The notes beneath the pieces were generated by a model. That model did not search any database and was not told where the DNA came from. It was given only the letters and a program-made list of their open reading frames with translations. DNA of 64,000 nt from a virus (lineage: Duplodnaviria; Caudoviricetes): the IMG/VR virus record IMGVR_UViG_3300033463_000115, positions 91-64,090 of that record. The stretch is one strand, 5' to 3'. Position numbers and translations under genes: made by a program. This document shows, piece after piece, positions 1 to 8,343 of the stretch; position 1 is the first letter of the stretch, and every line of letters starts with the position of its first letter.

Positions 1-37
1 AGAGTAAGGAATGGGATTGTAAGAAAAGTGTCTGGGA
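1..37. repeat. Terminal overlap identical to 63964-64000; contig circularises
   Basis: agagtaaggaatgggattgtaagaaaagtgtctggga is at both ends, and ORF 63531-> continues in frame to the stop at 114-116. Confidence 0.95.
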
Positions 38-116
38 CTGTGTTGAATGTGGTGGCAAAATTAGAATAACACATTTCAGATTCGGTAATGATATTCTTAA
101 GATGGAGGTAGTGTGA
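1..116 (+). CDS. C-terminal end of the membrane-anchored hypothetical protein starting at 63531
   Basis: Frame 3 reads SKEWDCKKSVWDCVECGGKIRITHFRFGNDILKMEVV*, in frame with 63531 across the overlap. Confidence 0.8.
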   Translation, partial: SKEWDCKKSVWDCVECGGKIRITHFRFGNDILKMEVV

Positions 117-117
117 A

Positions 118-837
118 ATGATTGAAATAGAACATATTCATACATGTAACTGGGAAGCAGCCATAAGGGGCATGCGTAATCCTTTGAATAGCTGGGATAA
201 AAGTGATAGCGGATATGGTTGCTTTAATGAAAACAGAAGGTGTACAGACTGTCATTTTAAGCCAGATTATTGTGGTATATCCAATGACCATTATATTCTT
301 GGTCCTAATGACCTTAAACTTGCCAAGCAGTTAGCTACAGCAGGTTCAGATCATGGTAAATTCCTCAGACAGATTATATTCTCCTGTGATATAACAGCAC
401 CTATGTATTGGTGGAAAGAGATGGATACCTATAAGGTTGGAACTGTACGTAATTCCTGTTCCACTATGCATAAGATTATGGCTAAGGAGTTTGTCGAAAG
501 TGATTTCTCTTGGGATAAAACTGGCTTTCTTCTTAAACAAGCTGGAGATACTGAAGAAGACATTCTCAATATTCTTAATAGTTTAAGGAATGAATACGTA
601 TATCTTACAAATCATATTTGCGAATCGGACAATCTTGAACGTAGTAAAAAAATATGGTACGCTCTTATACAATATCTCCCATCTTCATACAATCAGCGTT
701 CCACATGGACTGCTAACTACGAAGTTCTCAGGAATATTTACCACGCAAGAAAGAACCACAAACTCGATGAATGGCATGAATTCTGTCATATGATAGAGAA
801 ATTGCCTTATTCTGAATTAATTACGGAGGAGAGATGA
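118..837 (+). CDS. ThyX-like (flavin-dependent thymidylate synthase-like) protein, divergent
   Basis: 239 aa; GSDHGKFLRQI / DITAPMYWWKEMDTYKVGTVRNSCSTMH / ANYEVLRNIY resemble phage ThyX-like proteins; canonical RHR motif absent. Confidence 0.55.
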   Translation: MIEIEHIHTCNWEAAIRGMRNPLNSWDKSDSGYGCFNENRRCTDCHFKPDYCGISNDHYILGPNDLKLAKQLATAGSDHGKFLRQIIFSCDITAPMYWWKEMDTYKVGTVRNSCSTMHKIMAKEFVESDFSWDKTGFLLKQAGDTEEDILNILNSLRNEYVYLTNHICESDNLERSKKIWYALIQYLPSSYNQRSTWTANYEVLRNIYHARKNHKLDEWHEFCHMIEKLPYSELITEER

Positions 838-1106
838 TTATGGTGTTCTTATTAACATCAACTGCTGATTGGCATGGAGACCGTGAAATGCTTGAATATG
901 CTTCTATATTGAGACAAAAAGGATTTGATATAAGTTCGGCCCGTAAATTCTGTAGTAATCTAACTTATATTGAATATACAATAAAAGTAAATTCTATAGA
1001 GGAAATGACGGAGTTAATAAACACTGTTGAAAGTCCAATAATAATAAGCACTTCTACTAAAGGAGATCCGCCGCAAATAGAAATCTATGATGGCTATAGA
1101 GAATAA
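834..1106 (+). CDS. Hypothetical protein
   Basis: 90 aa, GGAG RBS, overlaps upstream stop. Confidence 0.7.
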   Translation: MIMVFLLTSTADWHGDREMLEYASILRQKGFDISSARKFCSNLTYIEYTIKVNSIEEMTELINTVESPIIISTSTKGDPPQIEIYDGYRE

Positions 1107-1112
1107 GGAGAG

Positions 1113-1301
1113 ATGATTATGGCAACATTTATTAAATGTGATAAATGTGGAGACTATGTCTCATATGATGCAGCATATAGAGTTTATGTTGAGAAGATGA
1201 TGGGATCTAATCTGGATTCTATATATGGAAAGAAGAATATCGACTTTTGTGAAAAATGCGCAATAGAACTAATAGACTCTTGTAAGGAGGAGAGGAAGTA
1301 A
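1113..1301 (+). CDS. Small Zn-ribbon-like protein
   Basis: CDKC and CEKC pairs; AGGAG RBS. Confidence 0.65.
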   Translation: MIMATFIKCDKCGDYVSYDAAYRVYVEKMMGSNLDSIYGKKNIDFCEKCAIELIDSCKEERK

Positions 1302-1627
1302 TGGATACAAGAGCTCAAATATTAAGTCGTGATTTCTCTGAAGAGTTTATATCTAAGATGAAGAACGCTATAGAGACATCGCATTATAAATACGGATGGG
1401 CTAGTCAGACATATCCTGAACTGGCTCAGGCTGTTAAATGTATTCAGGAGAGATTGGATTTATATAACAAGACACATAACAAAGATTATTTAGTAGACAT
1501 CGCTAACTTTGCTATGCTGGAATATTTATATCCATCTTATCCTGATGCAAAATATATTTCCACAGACAGTGACAAATCCCCTGGCTTAGCTGGGGGTATA
1601 AGCTATAAAGAGTTAATGGAGGGTTAA
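1301..1627 (+). CDS. Hypothetical protein, possibly all-alpha NTP-pyrophosphohydrolase-like
   Basis: 108 aa; HYKYG and YLVDIANFAMLE motifs. Confidence 0.45.
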   Translation: MDTRAQILSRDFSEEFISKMKNAIETSHYKYGWASQTYPELAQAVKCIQERLDLYNKTHNKDYLVDIANFAMLEYLYPSYPDAKYISTDSDKSPGLAGGISYKELMEG

Positions 1628-1684
1628 TAATGAAAGATTATATTGTAACTGTAGAGGAGACATAATTTATTTTAAAGAATTGAG

Positions 1685-2026
1685 GTGAACTATATGGAAG
1701 TATATAATGGTTATGATCCTAAAGATTATGAAGAAGTAACTTATTTAATTCCAAAAGACGAGAAAGACTACACTAAAGAAGAAGTAGCTAAGTGGAAAGA
1801 TGTTAGAAACAAACTCAAAGATTTAGACATAGCAATTAAGAACATAAACACTTGTTACAATGAAAACAAACGTCTTCGTAAAGAGAATCTTAATTTACGT
1901 AATGCTGAAGAGATGCTCCAGTCCACCATTCGTATTTTAAACAACCGTGTAGATGAATTAGAAAAAGAGAATGATAAATTACGGAAACACATCGAGCTAT
2001 TTAGTGAGGAGGAGTTCTGTGACTAA
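1685..2026 (+). CDS. Coiled-coil hypothetical protein
   Basis: 113 aa, heptad-rich C-terminal half. Confidence 0.65.
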   Translation: MNYMEVYNGYDPKDYEEVTYLIPKDEKDYTKEEVAKWKDVRNKLKDLDIAIKNINTCYNENKRLRKENLNLRNAEEMLQSTIRILNNRVDELEKENDKLRKHIELFSEEEFCD

Positions 2027-2270
2027 TAGAGAATTTCTTCTTAAGACTTGTCCTTACGATTTGTTAGTTAAGTTGAATGAGACAATATATAACAACGCAG
2101 GTCATGTTAGTCCTTATTTATGTTTCATTGAAATGGTAAAACAGGAGCATGTTATGGTGAAACTAAAATATGTTAGAGAAGATGTGGAAGAAATTAGAGA
2201 ATTTTATTGCAAGGACACAAATCCAGATTGTTCTAAATGCATACAGAGGTGGTTGAATGAAGAACGCTGA
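2019..2270 (+). CDS. Hypothetical protein
   Basis: GAGGAGG RBS then GTG at 2019; C-terminal CxxC. Confidence 0.6.
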   Translation: MTNREFLLKTCPYDLLVKLNETIYNNAGHVSPYLCFIEMVKQEHVMVKLKYVREDVEEIREFYCKDTNPDCSKCIQRWLNEER

Positions 2271-2517
2271 GTTATATTTTAAAGACTCTACTGGAGAATG
2301 CCATCATCTTGGAACAGTTGCTGATTTTGTATCTATTGATGAACTTGAGTCAGATGAACTCATAGACTATGTGAATGAGGAGACTGAGAGATATATTAAT
2401 TTATTAGAGAAAGATATTGAAATGAGCTTTACTGCTAATACATTTAATCCTTGGATTTTAGATAGACAACAAGTAATAGAAGATATTTACCAGAAACACA
2501 AATGGTCTTTTCTTTGA
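2257..2517 (+). CDS. Hypothetical acidic protein
   Basis: 86 aa, GAGGT RBS. Confidence 0.65.
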   Translation: MKNAELYFKDSTGECHHLGTVADFVSIDELESDELIDYVNEETERYINLLEKDIEMSFTANTFNPWILDRQQVIEDIYQKHKWSFL

Positions 2518-2518
2518 T

Positions 2519-2543
2519 TCGCATATAATTCATGTTCTATAAT
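2519..2543 (+). promoter_or_regulatory. Repeated phage promoter-like motif, copy 1
   Basis: TCGCA-14 nt-TATAAT. Confidence 0.8.
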
Positions 2544-2593
2544 GAGCGGGTTGAGTTGCCTGCTTAGTAAATTTTATATATGGAGGTAATGTT

Positions 2594-2905
2594 ATGAACA
2601 AAACAAATTGGGAAGATTTAAAAGAAGTGGCTGAAGAAGGCTTTAAGGAAGGAAAGGAGAACTGGAAAAAGATTGATAAATTCTGTAACGATCATCCTTG
2701 GTTCTTACCATCAGTAAGACTCGGCTTAATAGCTAGTGCCTACTTGATTGGTAGAAAACATGGAGTAAAAACAGGAAGAATCGAATATTTTTGCGATCCA
2801 GATATTAAAGGAAACCTTGAAATGCTGTTTAACAGAACTGCTGAAAACCTTGATCTTATTGATGAGGCAATTAAGCTTTCAGAAACTAAAATTACTAAAT
2901 TCTAA
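2594..2905 (+). CDS. Hypothetical protein (cassette gene)
   Basis: 103 aa, GGAGGT RBS, between motif copy and terminator. Confidence 0.75.
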   Translation: MNKTNWEDLKEVAEEGFKEGKENWKKIDKFCNDHPWFLPSVRLGLIASAYLIGRKHGVKTGRIEYFCDPDIKGNLEMLFNRTAENLDLIDEAIKLSETKITKF

Positions 2906-2912
2906 ACAACTC

Positions 2913-2953
2913 AAAGGGGGACCTGGATTTATTCTGGGTCTCTTTATTTTTTT
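2913..2953 (+). terminator. Intrinsic terminator
   Basis: aaagggggacctgg..ctgggtctcttt hairpin followed by a T-rich tract. Confidence 0.7.
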
Positions 2954-3024
2954 ATGCACGTAAATATGTCATTCTGCGTAGCAGTGTGATGTAAATAACG
3001 GTTAATATCGAAAGGAGTATTTTT

Positions 3025-3465
3025 ATGGGAAAGTATAATTTTAGCACACAGAAGATTGCAGAACTTGAGAAGAGAATAGCTGAGATGGAAGCTAGAAATC
3101 ATGAGCTTGAAAAGATGATAAGCGAAAGTGGTCTTGGTTTACTACACAACAAGAAGAAGCGTAGAATTATAACTAAAGATATTGAAAAACTAGAATACGC
3201 TAAGAAATTATTTTGCGTAAAGATTGAAAATGATAATAGAGATTCTTCCGAAATATTCAAATCAAATTTTCAAGTATTTTATCAGAACATATTTAGAGCT
3301 CTAGATCCTGATACTAGAAAGGATAATAGACCAGGTCTTACTTATAAACCAGTCAACGAATTAACAGACAAAGAGTATGAAGTATATATTAACTGTCTTG
3401 ATGCTTGTCTCGAAATAGTAAGTTATTCTCAGGATAAGTTAAGAAAGATTAAGGAGGAAAAGTAA
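3025..3465 (+). CDS. Hypothetical protein with N-terminal coiled coil
   Basis: 146 aa, AAAGGAG RBS. Confidence 0.75.
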   Translation: MGKYNFSTQKIAELEKRIAEMEARNHELEKMISESGLGLLHNKKKRRIITKDIEKLEYAKKLFCVKIENDNRDSSEIFKSNFQVFYQNIFRALDPDTRKDNRPGLTYKPVNELTDKEYEVYINCLDACLEIVSYSQDKLRKIKEEK

Positions 3466-3891
3466 ATGGAAAATATTACACCAGAAGAAGTTAGGCAAAT
3501 GGAGATTGATTCTTTAAAAGATAAAATAGAACGGCTTAAGAAAGAAGAATTCAAAGATGATTGTTTTGCTACATTGTATGGTAAAGGATATATAGATATA
3601 TTAGATGTTCCGCTGGATAAAATAAAGTATTATTTTAAAGTTGGCTATGCTTATTCTCTATATATTATTACAAAAGGAATAGTGACCGCTTTATGCTGTA
3701 AAATTAGTGGTAATACTGTTAATTTTATAGTTATAAATGAAGATGGAGACACTTTATTGAGTCCAGTTTATTTTAACCATCAATTTAAAATATATTGTTC
3801 TACTGAAGAAATACTTATAAACGCATATATAGTAAATATAGAAATTGATAAAATAGAATCAAGAGAAGTTGTTAAATTTAAAGTGTTATAA
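3466..3891 (+). CDS. Hypothetical protein
   Basis: 141 aa, AAGGAGG RBS. Confidence 0.7.
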   Translation: MENITPEEVRQMEIDSLKDKIERLKKEEFKDDCFATLYGKGYIDILDVPLDKIKYYFKVGYAYSLYIITKGIVTALCCKISGNTVNFIVINEDGDTLLSPVYFNHQFKIYCSTEEILINAYIVNIEIDKIESREVVKFKVL

Positions 3892-3904
3892 GGAGGAAAA
3901 GTAA

Positions 3905-4165
3905 ATGAAAACAGAAATGACAGAAATTAATAAAGATCGTATTTATTATCTTATAGGATCAGAAGCCATGGTTAATCTTAAATATGTTAAGAGTATAGTA
4001 GTCGAGCCTTTAGGTAATAAAACATGTATAACTGCTATGTTCACCAAAGACAGAATTATATTAGATAAAGGACCGAAAGCATATATAGAAGAGAAGTATA
4101 AAGAATACTGTAAACAAATTATTATGATGCAATCATCAATTGTGTTATTAAAGGAGGAAAAGTAA
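3905..4165 (+). CDS. Hypothetical protein
   Basis: 86 aa, AAGGAGG RBS. Confidence 0.7.
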   Translation: MKTEMTEINKDRIYYLIGSEAMVNLKYVKSIVVEPLGNKTCITAMFTKDRIILDKGPKAYIEEKYKEYCKQIIMMQSSIVLLKEEK

Positions 4166-4534
4166 ATGAGAGTATTTATATCTCAGAAAATGAATGGACT
4201 AACTAAGAAAGAAATCCAAACTAAACGTATGGAAGTTCTTAATAAATTCAATGAATGGAAGTATCTAAACATCAAAGCAACTGATATCGTCAACCCGATT
4301 GAGAAGTGTTTCTATACGCGGACTTGTGAACCTACTAGATTAGATTATCTAGGTGAGGCTATAAAGGATTTAGCTAAAGCAGACATTGTTATATTTACAC
4401 TCGACTCAGCAGAAGCTAAGGGTTGTTCTGTTGAGTATGAATGCTGTAGGATGTATGCTGATATTTTTAGATGGAGAATATATAAGGAAACTGCTGATGG
4501 ATTTAAACAGATTAGATATAGGAGGAGCGAATGA
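4166..4534 (+). CDS. DUF4406 / nucleoside 2-deoxyribosyltransferase-like protein
   Basis: MRVFISQKMNGL, LAKADIVIF, AKGCSVEY motifs. Confidence 0.7.
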   Translation: MRVFISQKMNGLTKKEIQTKRMEVLNKFNEWKYLNIKATDIVNPIEKCFYTRTCEPTRLDYLGEAIKDLAKADIVIFTLDSAEAKGCSVEYECCRMYADIFRWRIYKETADGFKQIRYRRSE

Positions 4535-4740
4535 AGAAACGTGGCAAGCCAGTGACTCACCCAAAGATTCTGAGAACAGACACAGGAGAGATATTTGACA
4601 CATATACCGAAGCTGGAGACAGTGTTGGTGGAAGCAGATACGGAGTGATGAAATGCTGTTATAGAATACAGCGCACTCATAAAGGTAAGAAGTTTGTTTT
4701 TTATAAGGAGGAGAACGATGAACTTAAGTCAGGTAATTAA
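4531..4740 (+). CDS. Stand-alone NUMOD1-like DNA-binding protein
   Basis: TDTGEIFDTYTEAGDSVGGSRYGVMKCC..HKGKKF pattern. Confidence 0.6.
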   Translation: MKKRGKPVTHPKILRTDTGEIFDTYTEAGDSVGGSRYGVMKCCYRIQRTHKGKKFVFYKEENDELKSGN

Positions 4741-5041
4741 GATTAAAAGAAAATGTCTTGATATGTCACTAGATGATTTCTCAAGGATTACAAATGTATC
4801 TTCTACAACTATTGCTAATCTCGAAAAGGGAAGAGAATTAAGCAGAGATATATTCAGCAGAATTATGTCTAATCTAAAGGAATACGAAACTAGTATGTGT
4901 GAGGAAGATAAACTAGCATATTTATTAAGATATTCTGTTGAGTTGTTGATTAATGAAAGGGATGAAACACTTATAGAGCATAACTGTGATGAAGTTATAT
5001 TCAAAGCGGTTAGGCTAAAGAATGTTAAATACGAGGGGTGA
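4718..5041 (+). CDS. XRE-family HTH protein
   Basis: IKIKRKCLDMSLDDFSRITNVSSTTIANLEKG; RBS before ATG 4718. Confidence 0.75.
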   Translation: MNLSQVIKIKRKCLDMSLDDFSRITNVSSTTIANLEKGRELSRDIFSRIMSNLKEYETSMCEEDKLAYLLRYSVELLINERDETLIEHNCDEVIFKAVRLKNVKYEG

Positions 5042-5454
5042 GTGTGATGTTAAAGATTGTTGTAGTTGTAATTATAATTGCACTTGTAGTATTAATAGCG
5101 TTTTTATGTTTATTATCTATAGTTATGGACTTTTCAGAAGAAATAGAAAAGAGAAAGAAACATAAAAAATGGTCTAATTACACACCATTAGCAGAAGACG
5201 CTAGAGCACAAAGATATAAAAATATGTTTGACGACAATCAAAAAATAATTAAGCAGATAAACATACTACTTAATAAAGCAATAAGTAAAGGAGATACACA
5301 CATAGAAATAGCAGGATATGATTTAGACTTAGACAACAGCAGACAAATACCATTTGATATGATTAAAGATTATTATGAAAGTTTTGATTATGAAGTATAT
5401 CGTGATAATCTTGTAGGACATGTAATTATTAGATGGAATAAGGAGGATGAATAA
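5038..5454 (+). CDS. Membrane-anchored hypothetical protein
   Basis: Strongly hydrophobic N-terminal 30 aa. Confidence 0.7.
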   Translation: MSVMLKIVVVVIIIALVVLIAFLCLLSIVMDFSEEIEKRKKHKKWSNYTPLAEDARAQRYKNMFDDNQKIIKQINILLNKAISKGDTHIEIAGYDLDLDNSRQIPFDMIKDYYESFDYEVYRDNLVGHVIIRWNKEDE

Positions 5455-5789
5455 TGTACATATCACATGAGAACAAGGCAGTAAATGTAAACAATATGGA
5501 CTCTATAGAAGTGAAGTTTAGGGAAATTCATAAAGATTATATTATACAAATAAAACAAAGAGGACTTGTAGAACTTTGTATTTATAGTAGCGGACATATG
5601 ACTTTTGATGAAGCTAAGTTTGTTTATCAAAACATCTTAGCATCATTTAACGGAGTGTATTATGACACAAGAAAAAAGAGATATACCGAAAGAGCTATAT
5701 CAACTGGAGTATTACTAGTTGATGAATCAACTGTTGATGATATTGTAAAAGTATATCACGAACAGATTGAAAAGAAAGACTCGCAGTAA
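5454..5789 (+). CDS. Hypothetical protein
   Basis: 111 aa, AAGGAGG RBS. Confidence 0.7.
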   Translation: MYISHENKAVNVNNMDSIEVKFREIHKDYIIQIKQRGLVELCIYSSGHMTFDEAKFVYQNILASFNGVYYDTRKKRYTERAISTGVLLVDESTVDDIVKVYHEQIEKKDSQ

Positions 5790-5805
5790 TTTCCTTTCCT
5801 ATAAT
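5781..5805 (+). promoter_or_regulatory. Repeated promoter-like motif, copy 2
   Basis: TCGCA-14 nt-TATAAT, directly followed by GAAAGGAG RBS. Confidence 0.8.
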
Positions 5806-5821
5806 GAAAGGAGTTGATACT

Positions 5822-6055
5822 ATGAAAATATCAACATTTGATGTTATTAAAGTATCTTTAGGTGTTATTATTACAAAAATAGTATGGGACGCATCAGAAG
5901 TATTAAAATTATATTTAACAAATGAAGAAAATCTTTATAAGATTTCAAGATCGATTGAATATGATAATGCTGATGAATCACCAGAAGAAACGAAAGAAGT
6001 AATATCTAAAACAGATACAAAGAATAACGAAAAGTTAGATAAAATAGGATTTTAA
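5822..6055 (+). CDS. Small hypothetical protein (cassette gene)
   Basis: RBS GAAAGGAG then ATG 5822. Confidence 0.7.
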   Translation: MKISTFDVIKVSLGVIITKIVWDASEVLKLYLTNEENLYKISRSIEYDNADESPEETKEVISKTDTKNNEKLDKIGF

Positions 6056-6098
6056 ACAACTTTTAGGACGTTGTAGAATTTACACGCCCTATTTTTTT

Positions 6099-6123
6099 TC
6101 GCAGTAAATACATCTCCTATAAT
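6099..6123 (+). promoter_or_regulatory. Repeated promoter-like motif, copy 3
   Basis: TCGCA-14 nt-TATAAT directly after a terminator hairpin and T tract (6064-6099). Confidence 0.8.
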
Positions 6124-6166
6124 AGGAGCTAAGATGCTCTAAATTATAATTATAGGAGGAATTGTT

Positions 6167-6442
6167 ATGAAATACTATTTCATTAGAGAGTGGGATCATG
6201 ACGAATTATTTACGGAATGGATCGTTCGGGGAGACAACATCGATGATATAGTTAAAACATATGTTAATTTTAGAATTAAAAATTATCAAGAAGAATTAAC
6301 TATAAAAATCAATAAAGAACCCAACAAGTACGGAATTTATAGTGGTCATGCATCTGTCATATTTGAAGGAGAAGAATGGTTAGAATATGAATTAACAATG
6401 ACAGAAGTTAAATTTAAAGACGACATTTTAGATCTTAATTAA
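6167..6442 (+). CDS. Hypothetical protein (cassette gene)
   Basis: 91 aa, AGGAGG RBS. Confidence 0.75.
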   Translation: MKYYFIREWDHDELFTEWIVRGDNIDDIVKTYVNFRIKNYQEELTIKINKEPNKYGIYSGHASVIFEGEEWLEYELTMTEVKFKDDILDLN

Positions 6443-6456
6443 ATGAACTAAGATTT

Positions 6457-6489
6457 GAGCTCGTGATTTATTCATGGGCTCTTTTTTTT
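6457..6489 (+). terminator. Intrinsic terminator
   Basis: gagctcgtga/tcatgggctc 10-bp stem plus T8. Confidence 0.8.
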
Positions 6490-6513
6490 CGCATAAATTA
6501 CACACGTTATAAT
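6489..6513 (+). promoter_or_regulatory. Repeated promoter-like motif, copy 4
   Basis: TCGCA-14 nt-TATAAT; 6490-6525 identical to 6938-6973. Confidence 0.8.
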
Positions 6514-6558
6514 AGGGAGAAATCCTAAAATATTTTATTTATGAAAGGAAGTAATGTT

Positions 6559-6900
6559 ATGTTACAACGTACAGAAGATTTATTAAATGTCACAAGAGGT
6601 TTTTGTGAATGGGTTGAGACATACAACAAAGAACTAAATCGAATCAGGTCTATGACTAGATGTTACTTAAAAGAAATGGAGAACAAACCAGAAACTGTTT
6701 CTCCAGAAGAACTTTTATTAGTAAAATCTATATATGAAAAGACTATGAAGGTTGGTTTCTTTGCTGAAAGAGACGACCTCAACACGACAGCGCATACCTT
6801 AAGAAGATGGTATTTTGAAGAAATCGAACGGATTTACGAAACATTAGAAAGAACATTAACTGAAAAGTATAATAAAATTGTTGAAGGAAAAGAAGATTAA
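6559..6900 (+). CDS. Hypothetical protein (cassette gene)
   Basis: ATG 6559 after AAAGGAAG. Confidence 0.7.
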   Translation: MLQRTEDLLNVTRGFCEWVETYNKELNRIRSMTRCYLKEMENKPETVSPEELLLVKSIYEKTMKVGFFAERDDLNTTAHTLRRWYFEEIERIYETLERTLTEKYNKIVEGKED

Positions 6901-6901
6901 A

Positions 6902-6937
6902 AAGAGTTTCCCTGAGAAATCAGGGATTCTTTTTTTT
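6902..6937 (+). terminator. Intrinsic terminator
   Basis: ccctga-gaaa-tcaggg hairpin plus T tract. Confidence 0.8.
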
Positions 6938-6961
6938 CGCATAAATTACACACGTTATAAT
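6937..6961 (+). promoter_or_regulatory. Repeated promoter-like motif, copy 5
   Basis: TCGCA-14 nt-TATAAT. Confidence 0.8.
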
Positions 6962-7016
6962 AGGGAGAAATCCCAAAGCACATTTATAAACTTTAAACTT
7001 TTAAGGAGGAATTATT

Positions 7017-7298
7017 ATGTTATATGGATTAAATATACATGTTGATTATTGGGGAATAAGCTCAAAAGAAGTAAGAGAAGAATATCCAGAAGTATGGAAT
7101 GGACAAGGAAAATTATATTTCAAAACTAAAAGAGAAAGAGATAATTATATTAAAGATTTTGATATTAGTATTTGGAATAAATATAAACCAGGATATGACT
7201 GTGATAACAATTTAGAAATTACTGATTATGGTAGCTTCTCAATAACAATAACTTATGACACATGGACAGAAAAATTTAAAGAAATAAGAATGAGGTGA
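7017..7298 (+). CDS. Hypothetical protein (cassette gene)
   Basis: 93 aa, AAGGAGG RBS; terminator at about 7306-7340. Confidence 0.75.
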   Translation: MLYGLNIHVDYWGISSKEVREEYPEVWNGQGKLYFKTKRERDNYIKDFDISIWNKYKPGYDCDNNLEITDYGSFSITITYDTWTEKFKEIRMR

Positions 7299-7392
7299 TA
7301 TTTCAGAGAGTCGTGTATTTTACATTGACTCTCATTTTTTCCTCAAACCCACCCTCCTGAATTACGTGCGAGGATTTTTCATTTCCTATAAT

Positions 7393-7469
7393 GAGAGAGC
7401 CTACCTTGTATCTCATTTTTGTCATTGGTTACGGCAGTTGTAATGAGATTTAGGCTCTCTTATCTTTTT
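7393..7469 (+). ncRNA. Candidate small hairpin RNA or attenuator-like leader
   Basis: agagagccta 7394-7403 pairs with taggctctct 7451-7460; atctcatt pairs with aatgagat; starts right after TATAAT 7387-7392; no ORF. Confidence 0.5.
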
Positions 7470-7491
7470 CATTATATTTAGGAGTGGTATT

Positions 7492-7857
7492 ATGAAAAAA
7501 GAATCTAAATTTCAATCGGATCTGATCAAACGACTTCAAGCTGAATTTAAAGGATGTATTGTTATTAAGAACGATGCTAATTATATTCAGGGCATACCAG
7601 ACTTGTTAGTGTTATATAAAAACAAGTGGGCTGCGTTAGAAGTTAAGAGAGATCCAAAAGCAAGACATAGACCGAATCAAGACTACTATGTAGAAAAGAT
7701 GAACAATATGTCTTATGCTTCATTCGTCCATCCATTTAATGTTGAGTTTGTTTTCAATTCATTAAGGAGGTTATTCAATGATGAAGTTCAACAACCACAA
7801 CAACTTACTAGGACAGCACGCATTTCTAAGCGCAAGCAATTACCACTGGCTAAATGA
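7492..7857 (+). CDS. VRR-NUC / Holliday junction resolvase-like PD-(D/E)xK nuclease
   Basis: KESKFQSDLIKRL..QGIPDLLVL..AALEVK. Confidence 0.8.
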   Translation: MKKESKFQSDLIKRLQAEFKGCIVIKNDANYIQGIPDLLVLYKNKWAALEVKRDPKARHRPNQDYYVEKMNNMSYASFVHPFNVEFVFNSLRRLFNDEVQQPQQLTRTARISKRKQLPLAK

Positions 7858-8341
7858 CGACAGCGAGTCTCTCAAACGTCGTTATCTTAATTTCTTAGCT
7901 GTGTTACGTGGTACTGAATTACATGAATATGCGGCAACTGCTATTAAGTTAAAACGTAAGCAACCAAAAACAAAAGAAACTCTTAACATGTATGTCAATG
8001 ATGCTATTGGTTTCGACATGTCTCCTGAAGTCACATTATATTATTCTGAGAATGCATTCGGTACTGCTGATGCTATTAGTTTTAAAAACAACAAACTCAG
8101 AATACATGACTTAAAGACAGGTCAGTCTAAAACTTCTTTCAATCAATTATATATTTACGACGCTCTATTCTGTTTAGAGTATGGTATTAAACCAGGAGAA
8201 ATAGAAATAGAGAATCGTATATATCAATCTGATGAGGTAAGAATAGAAAACCCAACTACTGATATCATTGCACCCATCATGAGTAAGATAATTTCTAACG
8301 ACAAGATTATATCTAAACTAAAACAAGACGGAGGTGTTTAA
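7778..8341 (+). CDS. PD-(D/E)xK exonuclease (Cas4/lambda-exonuclease-like)
   Basis: RGTELHE, FGTADAI, IHDLKTG, QLYIY motifs. Confidence 0.75.
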   Translation: MMKFNNHNNLLGQHAFLSASNYHWLNDDSESLKRRYLNFLAVLRGTELHEYAATAIKLKRKQPKTKETLNMYVNDAIGFDMSPEVTLYYSENAFGTADAISFKNNKLRIHDLKTGQSKTSFNQLYIYDALFCLEYGIKPGEIEIENRIYQSDEVRIENPTTDIIAPIMSKIISNDKIISKLKQDGGV

Positions 8342-8343
8342 CA

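Noticed and set aside
4531-4740. NUMOD1 protein as a homing endonuclease
   Set aside because: Only 69 aa with no HNH or GIY-YIG domain.
5781-6973. Regularly recurring repeats as a CRISPR array
   Set aside because: The repeats are separated by whole genes of 300-450 bp rather than 30-40-nt spacers, and there are no cas genes (the 7778 nuclease is a generic PD-(D/E)xK exonuclease).
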